Assembly: GCA_964016885.1 (NCBI GenBank) | Contig: OZ024741.1 | Span: 236,096,001 to 236,160,000, forward strand | Source: Eledone cirrhosa | Taxonomy: Eukaryota | Reading direction: 5' to 3' | Length of the DNA stretch: 64,000 nucleotides | Shown: positions 55,896 through 64,000 of the stretch, piece by piece | Layout: each line of letters opens with the position of its first letter | Numbering within the stretch: position 1 is the first letter of the stretch | Program-made: the position numbers and the translations under genes | The notes under the pieces: generated by a model | Databases searched by the model: none | Told to the model about the DNA's origin: nothing | Seen by the model: the letters and a program-made list of their open reading frames with translations, nothing else

Positions 55896-55979
55896 TTATT
55901 AAAATGCTCCTCGGTTCTTATATATATTTTCCTTATCGAGCCCTCTTTTGATTTTAGTCTTCAATTTTATTATTATCAC

Positions 55980-56010
<31 letters not shown>

Positions 56011-56065
56011 ATACATATACATATATATATATATATATATATACATATATATATACATATATATG

Positions 56066-56181
<116 letters not shown>

Positions 56182-56182
56182 C

Positions 56183-56277
<95 letters not shown>

Positions 56278-56476
56278 CATATATATACATATACATATAT
56301 ATATATACATATATATATATACATATATATACATATACATATATATATATACATATATATATATACATATATACATATATATATATACATATACATATAT
56401 ATATATACATGTATATATATACATATATATATATACATGTATATATATACATATATATATACATATATATATATAC

Positions 56477-56543
<67 letters not shown>

Positions 56544-56664
56544 CACATATATATATGTTTATACATATATATATGATTACATATATATATATATAATGTG
56601 TATATATATATATATATATGTGTATATATATATATATATATGTGTATATATATATATATATATA

Positions 56665-56707
<43 letters not shown>

Positions 56708-57018
56708 ATGTGTATATATATATATATGTGTATATATATATATATGTGTATATATATATATATGTGTATATATATATATATGTGTATATATATATATATG
56801 TGTATATATATATATGTGTGTATATATATATGTGTGTATATATATATATATGTGTGTATATATATAAATATATATATATGTATATTTATATATATATGTG
56901 TGTGTATATATATATATGTGTGTATATATATATATATATATGTATATTTATATATATATGTGTGTATATATATATATATGTGTGTATATATATATATATG
57001 TGTGTATATATATATATA

Positions 57019-57088
<70 letters not shown>

Positions 57089-57144
57089 GTGTATATATAT
57101 ATATATGTGTGTGTATATATGTATATATATATATATATATATAT

Positions 57145-58820
57145 GAAATAATGAAATAATGAAATTATTGTGTACAGTGCTCAGGTGCACTACAACTCAT
57201 CAAAGGTGCATGTATAGTACATAAAATAATGTACAAATGTCAGGAAATTGAACAGTGTATGAGTCATGATATAATAATAATAATAATGAAATATTGTGTA
57301 CAGTGCCCAGGTGCACCACAACTCATCAAAAAGTGCATGTACAGTACATAGGGCAATGTACAAACATCAGGAAAATGAACAGTGCACGAGTCATGATACG
57401 TGTGCATGTGTATGGAAGGGGTACATCAGGTGTAGTTTTGGCGTATTTCGGGAAGCATGAGTGTCTTAAAGGATGCAGTGTCTCTGCAGCTAACAACTGA
57501 TGCAGGCAGTTTGTTCCATGCTTCAGCAACTCTGAGCGTGAAAAAATGTCAACGAAAGTCATTGCAGCTGTGCTGTTTTCTGATTTTGTAGGCATGTCCA
57601 CGTGTGTTAGACACGTGGAGATCAAAAAGGTGCTCAGGGTTGCAATTGGCGAGATGGTTAATAACTTTGTGGGTATTTACCAAGTCCATTGCCAGACGTC
57701 GGAGCTTCAATGAATCCATGCCCAGGGAAGCAAGGCGTTCAGAGTATGGTAGGTGTCTGATGGAGAGTATGCGCTTGGTTGCACGTCTCTGAACAGTTTC
57801 CAGGAGGTCAATGTTCTGAGCAAGATAGGGGTTCCAGACTGATTATGCGAATTCCAAGTGTGGTCGTACCATAGCTGTATACAGTTTTAAATAGATGGCT
57901 GGAGAACGGCTAACAAAGGTCTTGCTGAGTGATGCCAATACACCCTCGGCCTTCTTGACAATCTTAGAGTCATGCTTTGTCCCACGCTGCTGACAGTAAT
58001 GCCCAGGTCACGTTCACAAGAGGACTTCTTGATATCAGTGTCGTGGAAGGAGTATATGGACGCTGGATTTTTCCTCCCAAAATGCATGGTGGTACACTTG
58101 TCCACAGCCAGCTTCAGTTGCCAGTGTGTGATCCATTGCTGCATTGTGTCCAGGTCTGATTGTAGGAAAGAGTTGTAGATTTCAGGATCAGTCCTTTTGA
58201 TTTCAAGGTACAGCTTGATGTCATCTGCATATTTCAGTACCGTGGCATTCTGTAAGTTGGCATCTATGTCATTAATATATGCCACAAACAAAAGGGGACC
58301 AAGAACAGATCCCTGTGGTACACCAGATGTCATCTCATATGGTGAAGAATGCTGTCCTAGAACCGTGACTACTTCTTTTCGGCTGAGAATGAAGGATTTC
58401 AACCAGTCGAAAAGATCATCCCTCACACCCATTGCAGAGAGTTTTGCCATAAGTCTTTTGTGTGGCACAGAATTAAAAGCCTTAGCAAAGTCAAGGTAAA
58501 CAACATCCACCCATGAGCCGCTGTCAGTGATCCGGGTGATGTCTTCAAGGAACTCGATAAGCTGATCACAGCAGCTGGAGTTAGGGATAAATCCAAACTG
58601 TGAGAGCCGGATGAGGCTGTGAGAGCTCCAGAAGTTCCAAAGTGTTTCTCTGACACAGGATTCCATCAGTTTGGCCATACAGCTAGTAAGACTGACTGGA
58701 CGATAGATGACAGGTGACATGCGGTTGTGCTTTTTGAACAGGGGAATGACACTGGCAGTTTTCCACTGCTCCGGAGTAGCACCATTGTTGAGACAGTATT
58801 GAAAGAAGAAAGAAAGCTGG
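57145..58820 (-). mobile_element. CR1-group LINE family C, 5'-truncated, with duplicated 3' end
   Basis: YRPVSLTS, QFGF, YLDFAKAFN, GVPQGSVLGP, YADD; frameshift after ERDLGI; tail seen as gaaataat repeats on plus strand. Confidence 0.88.
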
Positions 58821-59080
58821 AACAATACCCCTCCACTACACACCCACAAACACACACCCAGCCTACACTGTAAAGTGGTCGTGTAGGCGCCACGGAAAAA
58901 AGGCACCCAGCACTCACTGTAAACGAGGTTGGTGTTAGGAAGGGCATCCAGCTGTAGGAATCAAGCCAGAATCAGTTCCAGTGTGAGCAAGACAAGGTCA
59001 GCCGACTGGACACTGCTCGCAACAGGACAACCCATCTAACTCATGCTAGCGTGGAAGAATGGACGTAAAACAGTGATGAT
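58821..59080 (+). mobile_element. RTE P1 3' UTR fragment
   Basis: Reverse complement of ~40975-41205; ends ggacgtaaaacagtgatgat. Confidence 0.8.
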
Positions 59081-59146
59081 ATATATATATATGTGTGTGA
59101 GTGTGTATATATATGTATATATATATATATGTGTGTATATATATAT

Positions 59147-59340
59147 CATCATCATCACCGTTTTACGTCCGTTCTTCCACGCTAGCATGGGTTAGACGGG
59201 TTGTCCTGTTGTGGGCAGTATCCAGTCGGCTGACCTTGTCTTGCTCATACTGGAACTGATTTTGGCTTGATTTCTACAGCTGGATGCCCTTCCTAACACC
59301 AACCTTATTTACAGTGAGTGCTGGGTGCTTTTTTGCCGTG
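59147..59340 (-). mobile_element. RTE P1 3' UTR fragment
   Basis: Near-identical to ~40978-41170. Confidence 0.85.
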
Positions 59341-61605
59341 TATGTATATATATGTATGTATGATCATAGCTTTTGATCAATTCATCTGCCAGATCAGGGT
59401 TCACCTAGAGCTAAACAATGGCAATGACCCCCACCTCCACCACACTTTGTATCAACACTGTGCTAGATTCTAGTCAGCAAAATGTTTTTCCTCCAAAATA
59501 TCTAAGTACATGACTCATACCATCCAACCTACCATTCTCCTGGGTGTGTCCATGTCACACAGATCTGTCACACCCTTCAAGTGGTTTCACTCAATGATTA
59601 TGTTGCTGCTGTACAAATGTAAGGATACTGACTACAGCATCTGGCAAATCACCCCCCCCCCCTGCTCCTTCCCCATCTTCCTCCCTGCATCAATATATAG
59701 AGCCATTTACCACCACCACTGCCACTAGCACTGCATCCCCTTATCACTACCTGTACCACCTCTTCCTCCCCCTTCACTACCACCATTTAAAGACATCCAA
59801 GATAAACATCAGTAAAACAAAGGAAAGACTTTGTTACATCACAGCCTTATAAGCTCCCTTGCCTCTCTAAATTACAGCAGACCCTTCTCTTTCCCCTGAC
59901 AAAAGACTTTTTACTAACTTTATCAAGTCCTACCACTCCTCTTTAACCTACCACTATTACCCACCCTACCAATTGTTATTTTGCTATCTTTGGAGAATAA
60001 AAAATGCTGTGAGTAACAAGCAGTGATTTTACTAATTTGCATATCAGCACATTTGTTTGCAGGTGTACTAACTTAAACTACAGAAGCTTTGTTGTGTGTG
60101 GGTGGATATATTGTAAATAAATTTACATTTATGGTAATCATTTTGGCCATTAAAAAACACTAAAACTATTAACTTTATTTTATATACATCGAACTGTCTG
60201 TGAGCTGGTCAATGATAATAAAGTAAATTGAACAGTCTTTAAAATGTTTTTGTAAATAAAGTACTAGTCCAATACTGGAGTAATTTCTTTCTTTTTCTCT
60301 GGCAGAAATCTGTTTTATTCTTCCTTGAGTATGATGGGTTCTGCCAAGAGTAAGATGCCCAAAATGCAGTTTGTATCAGACTGGCACCATTACAATTCCA
60401 CCAGGAATTAAGTGTCCTTTACCCTTAACCTTATCCTCTGTCAGAAATCAATATATAGCTTCATCAGTGTTTTCTTGTTGTTGAGGATGTTTCCAAGGTT
60501 TCTGAAACCTTGGGAGCCAATTGCTGCAGAGTTTAATTAGTGTGGAGAAACATAGCATAGGTCTGCTAGATCTGATCACAGACTTAGGGTTAAACAACAA
60601 CAATTAATATTTGTAGTAGTAGTATATTTCAAGAAGTTGCTCCAGTTAGAACTAGTACTGTGGACGTGTGATTGGAATTTTTAAAGAAACGCACAAACCT
60701 CAACTGTTTGAGGACAAACAACTTGTTTTAATCCAGAGATTACTAATTTTTTTCTGGGTAAATAATTATAAAAATTCGACATTTAAAAAATTTTAGTTTT
60801 TATATTAATATCTAACTTTGGCTCTTAATTGACAGAACCAGTAAAGTGTGAGAATATATGTAAGATGTAGAACCACCAAGCCATCTGAGGGGTCTTTAGC
60901 TCTACTTGGCTACTGACTTGGTCTGTGATGACCTGTCCAACCTTTCCTAGTAGGGAAAATGATGTTAAATAATGATGATGATGATGATATTTCTAGCCTT
61001 GGCTCTTAATTGGCGGAATCACTAGTGGATCAAACAAAATGACTTGAAATATTTAGTTTAAACCCTTTATGTTCTGAGTTCAAATTCGATAGGTCTGCTG
61101 GATCATAATTAACCTGGAGCTAAACAACTAACAATAGTTAATGTAGTCCTTAGATACATACACTGTCAGAATAAGAGACGAGATGGTCACGAGAGGAACA
61201 CCTTTCTTTATAGGTCAGCTGGCTCAAGATTAAGCTGCAGTTGAACAACAACAGAGACATTATCATTAGATAACACAATTCTTGATACACTATATCTGAA
61301 TTAAAGACAGTGACCATGTCTAGATCTTTGATCATAGATCTGCTGGCATGGCTGGCCCCAGGCTAAAAAACAACAATCTATCCATTCTGTTGTTCTCTTG
61401 TTGAGTGAGTGTTAATATATTTCAGGGGGAAACAACTCTGAAATTGTAGTTAATTAAAATTAGAATTATGTGTACAATCAGATAAATGGAAAACAGATCA
61501 AATACTGATATTTAGCAACTCTGAACAAGTTTCAGTCTTGTTAGATCTCACCAGTGAACCATATTCCCTTCTTGTACTTTCCAGACCATATGATATAGTA
61601 TTATT

Positions 61606-61785
61606 TTGGCAGTATCGGTAGAGGGTTGGACGCCATGCTTTCCAGCATAGTTACGTCCCTTTACGATCTGAGTTCAAATCCCGCCGAGGTTGACTTTGCC
61701 TTTCATCCTTACGGGGTCAATAAAATAAAGTACCAGTAATGCACTGGGTAATTGCTGGCCTTGTGCCTAAAGTAGAAACAATTAT
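61606..61785 (+). mobile_element. tRNA-derived SINE (Nin-like domain)
   Basis: tggcagtatcgg A-box, gagttcaaatccc B-box, ttgcctttcatcc domain. Confidence 0.75.
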
Positions 61786-61999
61786 TTTATAGGTGTACTT
61801 GCATAAAGTTTGATAACTTAACAACATAATGACAGAGAAATTACCTTAGAACACCACTGGCTTCATGAAAGTACACAGTTAAGTTTGTGCTGATATACTT
61901 AATGTAGTGAGCTAATATGTTCATTTATTGTATATAAGTCGCAGTGGTAGATAAGTCAAAGGCACTTTATGTTTATATTTTGGTTTCAAGGGTGGGTGG

Positions 62000-62215
62000 A
62001 GGATTGGCAAAATTGGTAGAACATTGGATAAAATGACATAGCAGTATTTGTTGAGATTTTTTACATTCTGTGTTCAAATCCTGCTGAGGTCAACTTTGCC
62101 TTTTATTCTTCCAGAGTTTATAAAACAAACTACCAACCAGTCAAATACTGCAGTTAATTTAATCAGCTTTGTCCGTCACCCATATTTTTTAGCATTGTGC
62201 CTAAATTAAAAATCA
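62000..62215 (+). mobile_element. Diverged SINE of the same family
   Basis: gttcaaatcctgctgaggtcaactttgccttt. Confidence 0.6.
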
Positions 62216-62565
62216 ATATTTTGGCTTCAATATTTAATATTTCAAGTGTAGAATAAAATTCAATAGAGTAAATGCTCAATTTATTAACATCCTGTAATGG
62301 TTTAGTAGAAAATATTTGTTTTTTCAGATGTTTATGTTATCTTCAGTAGGGAATAGATTATTTTGAACATTTGCAGTATTTCTCTACAGGACATTAAGTG
62401 TTCATAGACTAATAGGGGGAAGGTGTGTTTGTTAATGCCCAAAGTCCATTAAATCAAAAGTAACCTAGGTGGCATTTTTATTGTAAAAAACAAACAAACT
62501 TTGACAATATACACATGTGCATGTAATGTTTATACTTCACTTTTGACAGTAGGGCTGTATTATTT

Positions 62566-62762
62566 ATAAGGCGGTGGATTGGCAGTATTGGTAGAGGGTC
62601 GGATACCATGCTTTGACGTATAGAGTTACGGCCCTTGCCATTCTGAGTTCAAATCCCGCCGAGGTTAACTTTGCCTTTCATCCTTACAGGGTCGATAAAA
62701 TAAAGTACCAGTAATACTCTGGGTAATTGCTGGCCTTGTGCCAAAAGTAGAAACAATTATTT
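62566..62762 (+). mobile_element. tRNA-derived SINE (Nin-like domain)
   Basis: Best-preserved copy; matches 7490-7672 and 61606-61785. Confidence 0.8.
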
Positions 62763-62914
62763 ATAAGGCTGAATAAACTAAGACCTGGGAGCCTCACAAA
62801 GACTAAAGAGCTCGACAATAGGTTAATATGGGCTCTATTTGACAGTGTAGTTGAAGATTATTTTGCTGTAACTATAGTGGTAATACAGTATTGTATTATT
62901 ATTTGGTCTGTTAA

Positions 62915-63125
62915 AGGCAGTGAATTGGCAGAATCAGTGTTGGGCAAAATGCTTTGTAGCATTTAGTTACAGCCCTTTATGTTCTGAGTTAGAATCTTGC
63001 CAGGGTCAACTTTACTTTTCATCCTTCCAGGGTCTATAGGATAAAGTATCAGTCATACACTGGAATCAATGTTATCGACTTCCCCTCCACACATTGTTGT
63101 CCTTGTGACTAAATTCGAAACCATT
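62915..63125 (+). mobile_element. Diverged SINE of the same family
   Basis: ggcagtgaattggcagaatc...ttctgagtt...gtcaactttacttttcatccttcc. Confidence 0.6.
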
Positions 63126-63665
63126 ATTTGGTTTTTTAAATACGAAATTTACCCAATTGATAACCCTTAAAATAAAGGTCTACTGTATATATTTGTGTTG
63201 ATTACATAATATATTTATTCTAATGTTATTAAATTCTTTTTTTATTTCTTACTTTGAGATTTGTAATTATGTTTTCATGAATATAATGTAATTTCATTTT
63301 TATAAAATGTTTAATAACATTTAATTACAATCCTGAATTATTTCCTACCTCATCCAAAGTTTTCAGACCCTCAATTACTCCCCCAGTGCCTAAAGTTTCC
63401 AGTTGTGAATTATCTCTCTCCCTCTCACTATCAAAGTTTTCAGGCCCCTAATTATGCCCCCACCAAGGTTTTCTAAATTATACCACACCAGCCCAAAGGT
63501 TTCCATTCTACTACTACCTCTCCCCTCTTCCAAAATTTCTTGCCCTGAATTATACTCCACTTATAACCCAAATATCTGGTCTTGTACCAGTGTTTGAAAC
63601 TGTTTTCATTGTATGTTTTATATTAACATCTAATTTTGTTTTGTTTTTCTTTTTTCTCTTTTCAG

Positions 63666-63692
63666 CCACTACAGATTTCACCCAGTAAATGA
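63666..63692 (+). other. Candidate splice acceptor / start of terminal exon
   Basis: Long polypyrimidine tract ending ttttcag| at 63665; one frame reads PLQISPSK*. Confidence 0.25.
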
Positions 63693-64000
63693 AGGGATTC
63701 CACCACCTTCCTCTCTCTCTCTCCCCCCTCTCTCTCCTCTGTGTCTCTCTCTTCCATTCATTTTCTCTCTCCCCTTTCTCCCTCTCATACTTCCAGTTCC
63801 AACCAGAAAAAAAAATTTCAAATATCCACGGAATTTACCTCCCCTGATATTTTTTCTCCACTGGGATTTGTGCCAAGACATAATGAAGATACCAACCATT
63901 ATTTCTCTTCATCCTCCAATCCTTATTTAACTCTCTAAATGAACAGTATTATCTTTTTACTAACTTTTCTCAAGAAGCCTAATAACTTTGCTGATTATCA

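Noticed and set aside
57887-58906. 339-aa ORF as a complete protein
   Set aside because: Its N-terminus comes from the antisense RTE 3' UTR fused to a truncated CR1 RT, and it is frameshifted at the 3' end.
63355-63560. Degenerate ~35-40-bp repeats (aaagtttt..aatta..ccc)
   Set aside because: Too diverged and short to assign any function; probably an old minisatellite.

Overview
AT-rich animal (non-prokaryotic) DNA. The SINE types and huge (TA)n tracts suggest a cephalopod such as Octopus, but this is inference. Most of the window (~8.06-59.36 kb) is one nest of non-LTR retrotransposons sitting inside strand-polarised (TA)n/(TATG)n microsatellite arrays, with a 200-N gap at 18945-19144. The centrepiece is an intact RTE-clade LINE (ORF 30269-33814: APE endonuclease, RT, three C-terminal C2H2 zinc fingers). 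Six copies of a non-autonomous bipartite derivative accompany it, built from an RTE 5'-UTR core, the last zinc finger and a covarying 3' stem-loop; all seven lie in the same orientation. Also present: an intact RTE with a PHD finger inside its RT and a 5.3-kb hierarchical tandem array at its 5' end; three CR1-group families, one with an intact ORF2 that lacks an upstream AUG and is preceded by an A_AAA_AAC slippery site; two copies of a minimal type I hammerhead ribozyme; several palindromes and fold-backs; and signs of recombination between copies. The flanks hold tRNA-derived SINEs and weak host-exon candidates. The long Y/I/M/C/V/H/T-rich ORFs are microsatellite artefacts.
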